A stretch of 57,282 bases of DNA from Harriotta raleighana (GCA_050575255.1 JBNZDD010013516.1:189683-246964), one strand, 5' to 3'; numbered from the stretch's first letter, positions 13,097 through 27,583 are shown. The notes: a model not told the origin generated them from the letters alone. A program made the numbers and translations.

Positions 13097-14090
13097 CATG
13101 TTTAAAGAGTGACTTACAAACCATATAAGAGAGATACCAGAGGCTATCTGTGCTCATGGAAGCATCCCAGCTTTACACAGCCGCTTCAGGAGAGTGTAAT
13201 TATAATTTCAGTCAAATCCAACTTGAAAATCTTAATTGCTGAATAAATGCTGTGCCACTGCAGTGTTCGTTGTGTCTCCTCTCTCGGGAGTGTGTATTTG
13301 TAGGTACTCCACGCTCAAAAGCTCTCGAGCAGAATTATCAAAATGAACATTTACCTTAATTATCTCTGAATGGCTTTGACCAAGTGTTACTCATAGTATG
13401 TACTGGGAGTCTGGGTGAATTGCCATGCATTTGGGCCAAGTTGCCTCTGAATCCCATTGTTATTTTGCACTGATTAATAATCGAAGTGTATCGGGATGTG
13501 GGAAGAGTTTTACACTGGCTATGAAATTCCCATCGGCGCTGGTGTAGCAAAATGCTAAAAACACTGCAGCACTTGATGACGTGGGTTAATTGACACGCAC
13601 ACTATTTAATAAACAGAAACTTTAACTGCCCCTCTACAGAATTGTGGTGAAACATTTATTCAGCTAGTTCCTTGAGCCACTGTGTAGTAGTTTAATTGAA
13701 ATGTTTTAGAAAGCAGGCTTTGGTTATGTGGTGTGATTAGGATTGTCCCGAGTAAACTACCACATGCACCTGGGCGGGCTGTTAGAGTTGCCGTAACCAT
13801 TTCACTGCAAATCTGTAGAATGGCAGCAACGTTCCTTTGCAAGCCATTTAACCCCAAATTATTCAGCACTGCAGCATTTAGCAGCCGATGTCATTCTTAG
13901 CGAAACCGTTGTCCGCAAGGGGAGCCTTCTTGGTAAAGGCAGTGAGCACAACGGATCACGGTGGCAGGACGCGCCAATCGCAAAGTTTGTATGTATCTAG
14001 TGCCTTGCACGTCAGGAGGATGTCCCAAAGTGTTAAGGCAGTCAAACATCTTGAGCAGCGGTGGCAAACCTTTTTTGTTGGCCCACGAAA

Positions 14091-14377
14091 TAATAATAAA
14101 TAATCCTTGCATGCGATGGAGAGCTTTTCACGTCTTCTCAAAGCGAATTGACTGTATAGTTGCGGGCGAAACGCAGCAGCGAATTGCACACAGCAGTATC
14201 CCCACAAACAGTCGTGGATTGAATTGACGAATTTTATTATACTGTGTGTTGTTGTTTTTTTGGAGGGATTATTATGAGGCGTGTGGAGTAAGGAAATTTG
14301 CCCTGACCTGCCTGGATTTGAAACCCAGGTCTCGCGCTTGTAAGGCGAGTGCTCTAACTCCTGAGCTGCAGTACTCC
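14091..14377 (-). mobile_element. Near full-length tRNA-derived SINE
   Basis: Reverse complement of the consensus from tail to head. Confidence 0.88.
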
Positions 14378-15204
14378 TCTTGGTTCTTGAGTTAATGTCT
14401 TGATTTATGGCATTAATCTATGCCATTTTGTTCTTCTATGATTATTTTGCTGGCCAACCAAAAAAAAAGTTGTCCCATTCAATAGTCTGTCTAGGGATCT
14501 GATTTTCTCCCTCAACTGCTTTCATGTACTCCACATCTACTTTGAACAGTTATAGCCTACTTCCCACAGAGCTCGACAACCCATCACGCAGAGAATCAGT
14601 CATAAACCATTTGTTTTCGTGTATGAAAATACAAACCTGAGCCAACAAAGTGCAGGCTTTTGCAGCCTGTTCAGTCACACATCTTCTTCAGTCTCAAAAT
14701 TCTCCTAAATCAAGTTGGATAGGCTTGGGAGATTTCTGTACGGTAGATAAATCATGCCACAAATACTGGGCAGAAGCTGGGATGTTTTATAGATTTTACA
14801 CAGAATCTGCTACAGGGCGGTTATTTTCCCCTCTCACCCCCTTGACTCCCAAAGAAATGCTCGGTCATTCTGCACCAAGAGTAATGGCTGTTGCAACTGA
14901 ACATGGCCTTCCCTACCCTCAACTCTTTGCTCCTCTGCTATGTAGATGGAGCTTCTGCTGTCACTGAGGTATACACGCAAGGCAGTGCTCGACAAGAGGG
15001 ACTTGACATTTATGCCGTTGATTGCACGCCGTACATTACAATCATCTGCAATGTGCTTTTTCGTTCCTGATTTGACCTCTTGAATTGATTGCATTGCTTA
15101 GCAGCTGCTGTGATGAATCTTGCAGTCATCGGACTTTAGGACAGTCTGCCACTTCTTTGTGGAATTAGAAGCACCATCAAAGCTATGGTCCTTGGCACTG
15201 GTCA

Positions 15205-15390
15205 CACAACAACAACAACAATGACGACAGCTAAATTACATTTGTATACCGCCTTTCACGTCAAGAGGACGTCCCGAGGCGCTGGACACTTACTGCTTCA
15301 GACCCGAGCTGAGGACAGGGGTGGGGGAGGGAAGGAGCTGTCGATGGGTCCATCGAAGAGGAGGGTCTAGAGGCGAGACTTGAAGGAGTG
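15205..15390 (-). mobile_element. LINE2 3' end
   Basis: (caa)n, then gcctttcacgtcaagaggacgtcccgaggcgctgg and aggcgagacttgaagga; reverse complement of the element at 5325-5686. Confidence 0.8.
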
Positions 15391-16088
15391 AGCGTTGGCT
15401 TAGAAAAGGCTATGTATGATCCACACCACCCATTTTGCTGAGTTACTCAAATGGTAGCCTTAAGAGGTTGAGTGAAGGGAGTTTCATTGTTCATTTTCCC
15501 CCATACTGACAGCGCCTCAGAGTGATTAAAGTGAATCATTTTAGTGTTCCAAATCGGAAATGCTACAGAGTGATAATGTGTTTGCAGCAGATCTTTTGTT
15601 GTTGTTGTTGTTGTTATTGTTGTAACTTGTCTATGTAAGCTCCTCCACACTGGTGATTTGAAATGGTGGGATGAGCTGGCATCAGCAGCAGGTCTACAAA
15701 ATCCAAAATGGAATCCAAAATGGTAGTGATTTAAAAATAATAGCTTTTAGCTAATAACAGCCCATATCCCACATGCCATTGATGGTAATTCATTGCATTT
15801 TTCTTGCTCTGGGGGTTTCTGTGTTTGTTTGTTTTTTATCCCTTGAGTCTTCCTAATCGGATTATACAGTACAACCCTGAAATAAGTCATTTACCTCTAT
15901 CTCTCTCTCAGAGGCAGTGAATGACAGCTTGCTCAGTCTCCCATGGAAGTTCATGCAGTGTCTCAAAGCGTCTGGGGAAGGAGAGCACACAATACGCTGC
16001 GCATGCTGTCTTTCATGTCGCGCTACAATCTCCCTGAGGAAGTAGATTAGAAAATTGACGTTTTTCTGTCTCCCTGTTTTGTTTGCAG

Positions 16089-16139
16089 GTAAATGGCACA
16101 GATGTGGATTATGAATATGAAGAAATCACTCTTGAAAGG
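16089..16139 (+). CDS. DLG1: DLG1 pre-PDZ1 exon (51 nt): VNGTDVDYEYEEITLER
   Basis: Acceptor tttgcAG, donor AGG/gtgaga; classic DLG YEYEEITLER motif. Confidence 0.96.
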
Positions 16140-18197
16140 GTGAGAATTATTTTTGTTTCCTTTTTAATGTCTCACATTTTCAGACACATTGTTCAGTCAA
16201 TTTGCATTTGAAACCCGAATTTTATTCCATTGGACTTGTTTTTTAAAAATATATACTGTGTATATAAATGTAATTATTGATTGATTATTGATAGATAGAT
16301 ATATATACATACCACTTTGAGTCTTTATAAGTAGCCTTAGAAATACTATGTCTGTTTGCAGCGTTTAGATGTTGATCAACAATGTCAAAACCAAATGTCC
16401 TACCTTCGTTTAATCATTGATGTGTAGTTCCAAATTCTCATCAGAATTATTTTCAATATTTTTTATGGTAATCGCTGGAGACTAGACCCGGGATCATCTT
16501 TGGTTGACTAAAACCCACGCACCCGTACAAACAAACGGTTGAGCTAAAACACTTTACCCCCAAAATGGACACAATATAAACCCCAGGTGGACAGAAGAAT
16601 TAGGTTTTATATTGGAATCGCGCCATCGAATAGCAGAACACAGCTGATGATGGCTGTGCCAGTTGGAGTCTGATCAAGGCAAATAAAACCCCGGGCTCCC
16701 GTTCAGCCCTGACAGAGGGTGATGCACATGCCTTATTTCTTGTTTATCCACTGCAATATTATTATGATGATGATGACGATAAGCTTTTCAGGGGTGTTAC
16801 CCTGCGTGAAGGGTACTATATAAATTCTAATTATTATTGATGGCTGGTATCAAACTTGGATTTGTTAACCTTTGCTTTTTTTTACTACCTGTTTAGCTTC
16901 CATCCTCATCCTTTGGTTTATACATCTGTCATCTTCGGTTTATGTTTGTGACCGCACTTATGCACACAAAAATGTTATATGTTGCTTGGATTTAGAGCTG
17001 TCAGGGCTTTAGCCTTGGTTAACATAACTAAAGGTTGCTGGCTGTTTATTCATGACATGAGAATGAGGCAATTTATGTATTTATGTACTCATGGCATCAA
17101 TGCATCTTAAAGGGCTTTTCGCCAACTTCCCTACTTTGTAGTCACAGAGACTGTTTTTAAGTGTTTTTAAATGACACTCTTGATATAATAATCACAAAGA
17201 TCTTACTTAGGTAACAAACTATTTCACTGATTATATTTTTACTGATCTCAGACTCGTTGTATTTGTGACATCTTCAATGTCGCTGTATTAGTGGAAATTA
17301 AAGGAAACTCATTTTTACCTTTTTGGATCTTTTGATTTCACACGCTTTGTGCGGAAAATTGAAATGGATATCTCATTCCTCAATGCCCTTGGCTGGGTCT
17401 GAACTGATGGGAGAATAATTATTTTGAGTCTCTGCTCATTTTCATTCAGCTTTGCAATGTTTGAACAGAGTGATTTACGATTTATGAATAAAGAAGTGCC
17501 TGGCGTTAACCTTGCAGCGAGTCTGCAAAATATATTTCTAAAACCTTAGGATAATAGTACATACTATTTATACAGCAGGTGAGCTGCATGAGGAATATTG
17601 GTGAGGGAGTTTTGTGTTTTCAATTTAAAGTAATAAAGTTCAGGGAATTCTTGTGAGTGGCCAGTGTAAAGCTCTGTACCACATTATCATGTTTGAATGT
17701 GGTACTTTGTTGGCATCATGGAATTGAAATTTTAATTCCATCCATTAGTGATGCTCTACCCTCGGGAGGAGAAAGCCTGATTCGCAAATGGTTTGAGGAG
17801 GAGGAGGGGGCAGTGAGATAGGGTGCCTGAGTCTTGGTGGAGCCACGTTTCAAAACACCGTCTGCGTAGCGATATCACTGACAAACATCAGCAAAATCCA
17901 CACAATAGGAGATTCAAATAGGGCAGCCTGCAGTTCACAGTCCCGTATGTTTGTAGGTAGGCCGTATATATGGTATACCGACCACGATGATTTTAATTGT
18001 ACAAGTTGCCGATAGCAAAGTCAAAATGTTCAGGAACTGAGTTCCAAACCGTTTCAACTAATCTTAAAATCGGAAACAGAATCGCGCATGTTGATTTCAA
18101 GCTGAAACGTGAACTCGTTTTCCTCTCTCAATGGATGCTGCCTGACCTGCTGCGTGTTCCCAGCGACTTCCATGTGTAAATTATAACACTACAATAA

Positions 18198-18506
<309 letters not shown>

Positions 18507-18724
18507 TGACCTTCCAGACTAATTCGGGGGCTTGGAAACAATCCAGGAATGTCTTATCAAAGACTTCTCCGGAGAAACCAATCCAGACCTTTCGTGCTGG
18601 TTTTTAAAATGAACGCAAGGGTGAAATCTGTAAACGTATCCCGTTAGCTATTAAAGTCGATTGATTATTTATCGGACATCAATTTTAGAAGCTTTTGTTT
18701 GTCCGAGCTCGTAAATGCTCATCA

Positions 18725-18875
18725 AATAATAATGATCCTTGCATTTGATATATGCTGTAAAGCGAATTGACTGTATATTTGTGGGCGAAGTACGGCAGCC
18801 AATTGCACACAGCAGTGTCCCCACAAAGTCTGGGATTGAAAATGACCAAGTTATTAATAATAATAATACTTGCAT
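18725..18875 (-). mobile_element. SINE 3' half with internal deletion
   Basis: atccttgcatttgatat...cagccaattgcacacagcagtgtcc. Confidence 0.8.
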
Positions 18876-19344
18876 TTGATAATATCCTTTAAAAACTGTA
18901 AGGGAATATTAAAATAAAAGTTTTCCCCAATTTTATTCAACCGCTGATCCCTCAGCTTCAAGCAAATTTAAATAGAAAGAGTATTGAGGATCTCAAGACT
19001 TGTGAGAGTGGGGTTCTCTTTATACATGAGAAACACCGCGGAGAAAACCTCTTCATCTTTGGTGATGGTTTATAATGTGGAAAGCAATGGTTGGCCATGT
19101 CTGTCAGTCTGGGGGGGGGGGGTGTCGGGGGGGAGCAGGAAATGCATCCGAGTAAATGGAGAAAGATTATTAATGAAATAGTCATTACACAAAAAAAATC
19201 TCGAGTGCTTGTACGCAAAGCATTGAGACCACATGGAACTCATCCAGGAGTATTTACGGGAATGAGGATCTGTAAGAGAAGCTGCGGCTGGTATTTTCCG
19301 CAGTTTATTTGAGGTGCGTTTCCAAACAATCAGCATATGCAGTT

Positions 19345-19549
19345 ATCTCCTCACTCCCTTCGCCTCGCCTCCTCTCGTCCTAGTTTCAGGTCTCAGCTGA
19401 AGGACCTTTCTTTTCGTCCGCGCCTTCAGTCACCGTTTTCTCCCTCCCCCTGGCTCGGGCCCGGGATCCGTTATTGTGAAGCGCTCTGAGACGCCATTCG
19501 GCGTGGAGTGAGGGAAGACACTATATAAATCAAAATTGGCGTTGTTGTT
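19345..19549 (+). mobile_element. LINE2 3' end, second subfamily
   Basis: Homologous to 50455-50772 (cctggctcgggcc.gggatccg...gtgaagcgctctgagacg...ggcgtggagtgaggga). Confidence 0.82.
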
Positions 19550-19941
19550 CCCTTTCTAAAATGAGTTATCGAGCCAGACAAATTGAGCGAATCTGAGCAT
19601 CCCCCCATCTCCCCCAACCACATACTTTGTGTTCAGGGTCAAGCTTTATTAGATCAAGGATAGCAAAGATTAACTTAATACAATTACTTTCTTTCTACAA
19701 TTTGATCTGACCTGTGTGAATTTCCATTTCAAACCTCAGCTGCCTTTGTCGCTCTTGTGAATGAAATTGTTACCTAATGCCTTGCGTTTTTGAGCTCCTT
19801 GTTAATAGGAATAGGATTATTATTATTTATTATTATAAAATTGATGAATGCCCACTATTTGAAAGCGAAACAAGCTCCCAGAACCTGTCGAATGATTGTA
19901 AAGTCTGTTTGAGTGTGACAAATTCTGCTTCTAATTTCCAG

Positions 19942-20111
19942 AGTTAACGACTGCATCCTGAGGGTAAATGAGGTGGATGTCCGGGAAGTAACGCACAGCA
20001 AAGCAGTAGAAGCTCTGAAAGAGGCCGGGTGGGTTGTGAGGCTGTACGTGCGGAGAAGAAAACCGATCACAGAGAAAATCTTAGAAATAAAACTTGTCAA
20101 AGGACCAAAAG
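19942..20111 (+). CDS. DLG1: DLG1 PDZ1 second half / PDZ2 start (170 nt): (R)[56 protein letters not shown](G)
   Basis: Acceptor ttccAG, donor AAG/gtatgt; phase 2-1 fits both neighbours. Absent from the ORF track on this strand. Confidence 0.97.
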
Positions 20112-20224
20112 GTATGTAGCACTTTTGCTATATTTATACACGCACAAGTTTTGTTTGGCGTAATACTTGTAACATCCTGAAGTTCCAAAAAGATGTAGGT
20201 TTATTGATTGGACAGCAATCCGTT

Positions 20225-20362
20225 GCCTTTTCTACCCCACATCCATACCATGACCCGCTCTGCCTTCCCTCACCTCCACAACATTGCCCGACTCAGTCAC
20301 TACCTAACCCCTCAGGCCGCTGAAACTCTCACTGATGCCTTCATTACGTCCAGGCTCGACCA
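20225..20362 (+). mobile_element. LINE2 ORF2 internal fragment
   Basis: FLPHIHTMTRSAFPHLHNIARLSHYLTPQAAETLTDAFITSRLD is a characteristic L2 post-RT segment. Confidence 0.85.
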
Positions 20363-20937
20363 TCCTTCCCAACCTTTGGAATTCCATCTCTTTTTTTTTT
20401 CCTAAGCTATCCGAAATATTTACAGGAAAATTGGATGTTTAGTGCAGGTGAAAGCACCTTTATAGTTGGAGTGTTCTCACCTCACACTACAGATCATGAG
20501 TGTGAAATAGGCCGTCTTGATATAGTTGATTTGCATTCCTTCAGATTGGCAGATTGGTGTGTACCTGAATAGGCCACCCAATAAAGCCAAGCTCCGGATG
20601 AAACCATAGCTTTGTCTTCCTGTTCTGGGGGGTGGGGAGGAGAAAACACTCATCTCGTATACTGTAGCAGCAAAAAAATTCGTAATCTGTCTTTCTGTTT
20701 TCTGTCTTAGTTAATATTTATTACACGCCTGAGCCCCCCGCCCCCCCTTTCCGCTCTGGACCTCAGCTGTCGAATTTTCTTGTTACTTAAGATATTATCC
20801 GTGGCACAAACCTTGTCATAAAACACTGAACCACCTGGCATCCTGAGACCTTGTTAAGAGAGTACTGCATATTTAGCTAAAAAAAAAAATGTGTTAACTT
20901 GCTCTAGTAAAAATAACATAAATTTAAGTTGGAAGCA

Positions 20938-21090
20938 ATAATAATAATCCTTGCATCTGATATAGCGCTTTTCACGTCTTCTAGACGTCTCGAAGCGCTT
21001 CACAGAATATACCGTAAAGTGAATTGACTGCACGTTTGTGGGCGAAACGTGGCAGCCAATTGCGTACAGTAGTGTCCCACAATCAGATTG
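20938..21090 (-). mobile_element. SINE 3' half
   Basis: Reverse complement of the tail and core. Confidence 0.88.
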
Positions 21091-21183
21091 ACTGAACACA
21101 TTTTTTTTTAGGTGTTATTATATTGGAGACCTTGAATGGAACCCTAGCAAATACTATCTATAATAAATAATCCTTGCATTTGA

Positions 21184-21384
<201 letters not shown>

Positions 21385-21898
21385 TAATTCCAAAGCATGC
21401 GCTTAATCCTTTTCACAGAGCGATTTTAACATTAATTGATTTTTCATTCCTTTTCTATCAGTAATCTGGATGAAATTAGGTTAAATTTCGGGAGCCAGAT
21501 GTGTTGGGGCTGGTTTTGAGCCACCGATCCACATTCTAAAGTTAGACCATTGTACGTCCGCTCAAGCGTCCCATGGGAGGAGGGCATTTACACGTCTGCA
21601 GAGAGCTTTCGAGCGCTTTTCCAGAGAAAAGAAACGCACGGGTTGAATATTCTTACCATCCGAAGGGGGTTTGGAGAGAGGAGAAGTTGCTTCTTTAAGA
21701 CCAGCTTCCCCCAAAACAATCTCTGTCACTGGCCATGATGCCTGTGCTGTGTACTGACTTATTAATTCACCAAATTTGTCGAGAGGAACTGATCTGAGAG
21801 ACATTACCCCGTGTGAAGGGCACTATATAAATGCACATTATTGTTCGTCGCTGCTCACTCGCGCGCTGAATGTTCCACCTCCCACGTCCCAATGCTCT

Positions 21899-22223
21899 GG
21901 AGTCCTACAGCTCAGTGGTTAGAGCCACCCGCCTTACAAGCTTGAGACCTGTGTTCGAATCCAAGCAGGTCAGGGCGAAACCCTGGCCACCTTTCCTTAC
22001 TCCGCAAGCCTAATAATAATCTCTCCCAAAAAAACACAGTAATAAAAATTGATCACTTCAAACCACAGCTGTTTGTGGGGGACGCTGCTGTGCGCAATTG
22101 GCTGCCGTATTTCGCCCACGAATATACGGTCAATTCCCTTTTAAAGTATATTCCGTGAAGCGCTTTGAGACACCGTCCAGAAGACGTGAAAAGCGCCACA
22201 TCAAATGCCAGGATTATTATAAT
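21899..22223 (+). mobile_element. Full-length tRNA-derived SINE
   Basis: A box agctcagtgg, B box gttcgaatcc, core and tail with (att)n. Confidence 0.92.
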
Positions 22224-22729
22224 CCTACACCACTTCCAAGTGGAGTTTTCACGGATTGAGTGTCTGCCGGGAGGTGTGATCCGTTGGCAGACCGGGAGCA
22301 CTGTATGGGTTGATAACAATGTGGTTTGATTTATCGTGAAACGATATTAAAATCCGATTGGTAAAGCGTCGCGGAAATTTGCAAATAACCCAGCGCGTTA
22401 CAATGCGAATTTGAACAGAATTTTCTCTTTTCTGTTCTGGCTGATCAGATTGAACTGTAAATTAAAGCTGTTGCTCTAACAAGAGAGAGAGAGAAAAAAA
22501 ATGACCACTTTGCATACCATTAACTACCAGGATAATAGCTGTCTCCCACCTAATTGACACATGCCATTGAAACGCCTTTGCTGCCAGGTGCTCTCCCCGC
22601 CTGCCGTTGTAACGTATCGTCCCGTGGGTCCGCACACCCACGGCTCTTGATCCTCCCGACGAGGTAAACTTTAGTACGGCTCGTGCTCTCGATTCTCAAA
22701 CCGCCGTCGCCTTTCCTTTTGTATTTGAG

Positions 22730-22874
22730 GTGAACGCTGCCAACCTGGATGAAGTTACCCACGAAGACGCGGTCACGGCTTTGAAAAACACGGCGGAGGT
22801 GGTGTACTTGAAAGTGGCGAAGCCGACCAGCATGTACATGAACGATGGCTATGCCCCTCCAGACATCACCAACT
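22730..22874 (+). CDS. DLG1: DLG1 PDZ2 second half (145 nt): [48 protein letters not shown](S)
   Basis: Acceptor tttgAG (unusual G at -3), donor ACT/gtaagt; phase 0-1. Confidence 0.95.
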
Positions 22875-23203
22875 GTAAGTCTGGTCAGTCACGCAAACCT
22901 GCCGCGAGCCCCACAGCCTGAACTTTTGTCGCTCGTGATTAGAACGGGTCAAGTGTCGGGTCATTATAAAAAAAAAAGGCCCTTTATAAATATCACTGCT
23001 TACAATACACTCGATGGTCAGCGCTGCCTCCCCTTACTTCGCATTCGCTTCGTTTCATNATGATTAGAACGTGTTGGGTCATTAAAAAACAAAGGCCCTT
23101 TATAAATATCACTGCTTACAATATACTCGATGGTCAGCGCTGCCTCCCCTTACTTCGCATTCGCTTCGTTTCATTATTTTCACTCAGTGAAGTGCACGAA
23201 AGG

Positions 23204-23548
23204 TAATAATAATAATAATAATAATCATTGTGTTTGGTATCTTTGATATCGCATCTTATCGACGTCTCAAAGCCGCTTCACAGAGTAAATGTAAAGTGAA
23301 TTGACTGTATATATTTGAGGGAGGAACGCGGCAGCCAATTGCGCACAGCAGCGTCCCCGTCCCCCCCCCCACACAAACAGTCGTGGATTGTAATGACCCA
23401 TTTTATCATTGTGGTTTGTTTTGGAGCGATGATTATTAGGTGTGTGTGTGGAGTAAGGAAACTTGCCCAAGGTTTCGCCCTGACCTGCCTGGATTTGAAC
23501 ACAGTTCTCACACTTGTAAGACGAGTGCTCTAGCCACTGAGCTACAGG
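23204..23548 (-). mobile_element. Full-length tRNA-derived SINE, abutting an antisense L2 fragment at about 23555-23630
   Basis: Reverse complement of the consensus, ending ...ccactgagctacagg. The adjacent minus-strand segment translates WNSFPQSLCLATS (L2). Confidence 0.9.
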
Positions 23549-26202
23549 TCTCTGCAGGGGGCAAGGGGAGGTGGCGAGGCAGAGGGACTGTGGGAAGGAG
23601 TTCCAAACGCTGGATCCTTTTTGATTCAGAGGCGAGAGTGCTGCCATCTTAAAATTTAAGTGTGTTCGATACTCGTTTTCAAATTTTTGCAATTGCAGTA
23701 CTTGGCAATCAGGAGCCTTTTGAAAGAGAGGAGAGAAGAAAACACTGTCAATAAACTGCTTTTATTATTTGGGCAACAAAAGAGTTTTGCATTACTGTAA
23801 CAGTCTGCTGAGGCTCGTCAGTAAGTTGCCTTTTTTCGTATTTCATTAACCAGAAATGCACTGCATTGATCTGTTGCTGTTTTTGTTGGACAAAGAGAGT
23901 GAGAGGCGATAAGAGGGACTGGATTAAGTTTCAAGCCCTACTGATTAGCTGTACTTGTAGTCTCCTCTCAAACACTGACTGATGAATTGATTAGAGGCCG
24001 TACAAGAAGCCAGCAAATTTGTATGTTCGAAAGATTTACTTTCCTGTTTGTGATGGAACTTGATAACTGGAACGAAGCACAGAGAGAGCATCGTAGCGCT
24101 TCACGATTCAGGGTTTTGATGGCGTTTGACCTTCAGAGTAAAGGGGGAATCAGTGTGTTGAAATCGGGCTCTGTGTCTTCAATGGTCATATTCTATCAAA
24201 GAGGTTAGGAAAAAAATCACAGTGGTTAACTCTTTCAGTGCTGAATATTCTCAGTTAGATTTTAATGTACGATTGCAACATCTCATGCTTGTGTGACTTT
24301 TGGATATGACACTCGGGGAAAACACGGGTTAGAATTTTTTTTATATCAAAAAAAAGCTCATTAAAATCCTATCGGAACCACTTAAGATCTGGGTAGAAAT
24401 AGGTAGAATTTGTGGGTTCTCAGAATATCCTGACAACTGCAGAGCACAGAAACCTTGTAAAATTTATGTCTTTGTGTTTCTGCCCACTTCCGTGTTTTTT
24501 TTTCTGGATGGTAACTTTACCTGCGAAAAAAAATAAGCTTGAAGTTTGGTTTCATTATAGATGAGGTGCTAGATTTCTTATACATGTTGCTCGGATTGAT
24601 GCCAGAGCTTGTTAGTGTAAACTGGAAATATTGACAATCCTTTTACACAGAGCCACTGACCTCAATCTCTGGAAGAGAACTCTCAACACTCCCAGTAGGA
24701 GCAAGTCACCTGAGATGCCCAAACGATGTATAATATATAATGTCAAGGTTGTACATCAGAAATAAATGCTGAAGCTTCCTGAAAGGATTTGCACATACTG
24801 GGGGTGGGGGGGGCGGGGGGGAACGGGGATGGGTGATGCAATAGCCAAATAGATCCAAGTTTTATGACTCTCACTTGCCCCGAGTAAACCCTACAGTTAG
24901 GGAGTTCTGGCTCGAGGAGAAGGTTCCTCATATCAGAAGGAATTACGGGAGGTTAAGTCGGGAAAGGTTGGTGCAGCTCTTCGACACAGGATCAGGCTTC
25001 CAACATAGAATTTTACGGCATAGAAATAAGCCATTCGGAAATTTGTGTTTAAATCTCATCAATATTCTTTTGCTCTGTAACTCACTAACCCTCTCGCCCC
25101 ATGTGTGTATACACACACACGCACACACACACACACACAATATACAAAAAAAATCTAGCGTTTAAAAGATGAGAAACAGCCAGAAATCACAGAGGTTGTG
25201 TTCTGCTTCTCATCTCAGATAGCAGGGGATGAAAAGCAGCAAAGTGTCACAGACTGATAGATCTGAGCCCTGGTACTGACCCAAGCTCTAACCACAGTGA
25301 CAGGATGACTGAAACTCTCCAACCATTAACACTGGAACATCACTGAGCCAGAGAATTTATTTAATAATACCAAATGTTGATTAACTTTCCCAGCTGTCCT
25401 TCAGCCGCAGAGCCATTAGATATGGTTGAATGCCAGAAATAAATGTATTTATTCACTCTCGCATTAAAAAGTGTTGCTTTTTGTTTCTTAATTAAAAATC
25501 AGTCAGTTCAGTAATCCTCTCTTCCTTCACACAGAACAAGAGGTTAGATACTGCCTTACATGCGCCTTTTAATAATTTGTTTACTGGCGTAGACTGATGC
25601 CGAGCGCTTATTTATAAGTACAGAATAGCAGGGTGCTGAGGTGTACTCACTGGAAAAGTACATTGTTTGATCACTGGTCTGTGCTAATGCTGTTGATTTT
25701 AGCTGGTTGATTTTAATGGTGGGGTACTCTACAACTGACCTCAGTGGCCTGAGGAGAAAATCAGCCAAATTTTTCTGCTCCGAATTACTACCCAGAAGCC
25801 TGTGGAAAATGTGCTGTAGTGAGAAGAATATTCGGAACAGTTGGGTTTAATTGTAGTGAACCTATCAGCTATCTTTCCTCTCTCCCTACCTCACCATTTC
25901 CTCCATGTCTCCCCTTCCCTACCTCACTATTTTCCCTCTTCTGACTCTTGTCTTCATTCCACCTGGATGCATTCTTATTTGTATTTCTGTGAAACTAATT
26001 TCCTCCTCCGCTCAGTTTTCTGAACTCTTTTCAGGTTAGCCATTATCAAGACATAGATGAGAGGATCACACGAGGTTGAGAGTGAGTGTGTATGTGTGTG
26101 TGTGTGTGTGTGGGAGGTGAATGAGGAGAAAAGGGTGTGATCGGTTTATTTGTGGAATTGAAGCTTACTGGAGTTTGACAGTCACATCATGCATTAGCAT
26201 GA

Positions 26203-26318
26203 ATAATAATAATAATCCTTGCATTTGATATAGCGGCTTTTCACATCTTATCGACGTCTCAAAGCGCTTCACAGAATATACAGTAAAGTGAATTGACTGT
26301 ATATTTGTGGGCGAAACA
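26203..26318 (-). mobile_element. SINE tail
   Basis: Close reverse complement of the consensus tail. Confidence 0.88.
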
Positions 26319-27349
26319 GGATCATTGTTGATCTTTGACATTGAAATATGCCATGTTTTACTCGTTGACCAAGTTGTGAAACACTAGCCTGAGCAATATG
26401 TATTGTTTGGGTGTTTTGTGGCACGGCAGTTTAAATATTAGTTGGGAGGTCGAACTAATATAGTTAGTTTGTGTTATGTTAATTATATTAATAATTAGGC
26501 TTGAAAAATGGCTTAAATTGCTGTGCATCAGAACCCATGAATAAGTCCACTGACTCGCGATGGTTAATCAGGATAGAGTGAGCAAGTGAGATGCTTAATA
26601 CACTGCTAAATGTTTCATGACTGAATGATGTGAAACAAATAGGTTTGTAGCGTATGAACGCCCGGTCTCCAGTCATGGTGATCTTGTGCTGTTCCTTCGT
26701 ACGTGTGGGATTTAAAATCCTTTGTAGCCTCTGTCCTGTGTTGTTTAAGTTTGAACAAACCTACTCCAGAGAGTCTTATTTGGACAGTAAATATCAGCCT
26801 CATGATATGAATGCAATTCACTGAGTATGTTAGCAGATTGGGACTAACAAGGCTGGGAGAAGTAACAATCTGTGGTAGGTGGTTTTGTGAAGGCAGCTGA
26901 GTGATCAGTGCTGATTTGGAGGGAAAGGGATTATTGTGGGGTTCTTTTAATTAAAGATCGAGTTAATGCAATTGTGATCAGGTTGTGACCCGGTCGGCAG
27001 GGAAGGGTAGATTGACCAGAATGTTCCCTCTCATTGCCGCTCATTTCTGTTCAGTTGGATTCATTCTGTGATGGGAAGATCGATGACACAATCAACCCGC
27101 CTGTTGTGGCATTTCTGCCCTGAAATGAAACCGATTTGAACTAAGTGCCCGAGTGACGGCGTATCTGCATTGCTGTCTCTCGGTTTATAAATAATTTAAA
27201 TGTACCTTTTGAGTACGAGTGCAGCCACTGTTTCTGTTAATCCAAGGTCATCGGAGCTGATGAGCAGGATCAAACATGTGCATCGTGACCTCTCTTGGCT
27301 GTGGACCTTCCCCAATCCCCGGGGATGGCTGACAATGCAAAAGCCACGT

Positions 27350-27583
27350 AATAATAATAAACAATAACAATAATCCCTCCAAAAAAAACACAATAATAAA
27401 ATATTGGTCATTTGAATCCACGACTGTTTGTGTGGGGGACGCTGCTGTGCGCAATTGGCTGCCGCGTTTCGCCCACAAATATATACAGTCAATTCACTTC
27501 ACAGTACATTGTACGAAGCACTTTGAGACGTCGATAGGATGTGAAAAGCCGCTATATCAAAATGCAAGTATTATTATTATTAT
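27350..27583 (+). mobile_element. SINE lacking its head
   Basis: Core and tail are intact. Confidence 0.88.

Noticed and set aside
15943-16050. ORF MEVHAVSQSVWGRRAHNTLR.. just upstream of the VNGTD exon
   Set aside because: Needs a 47-nt intron with a weak donor; read-through into the exon hits an in-frame stop.
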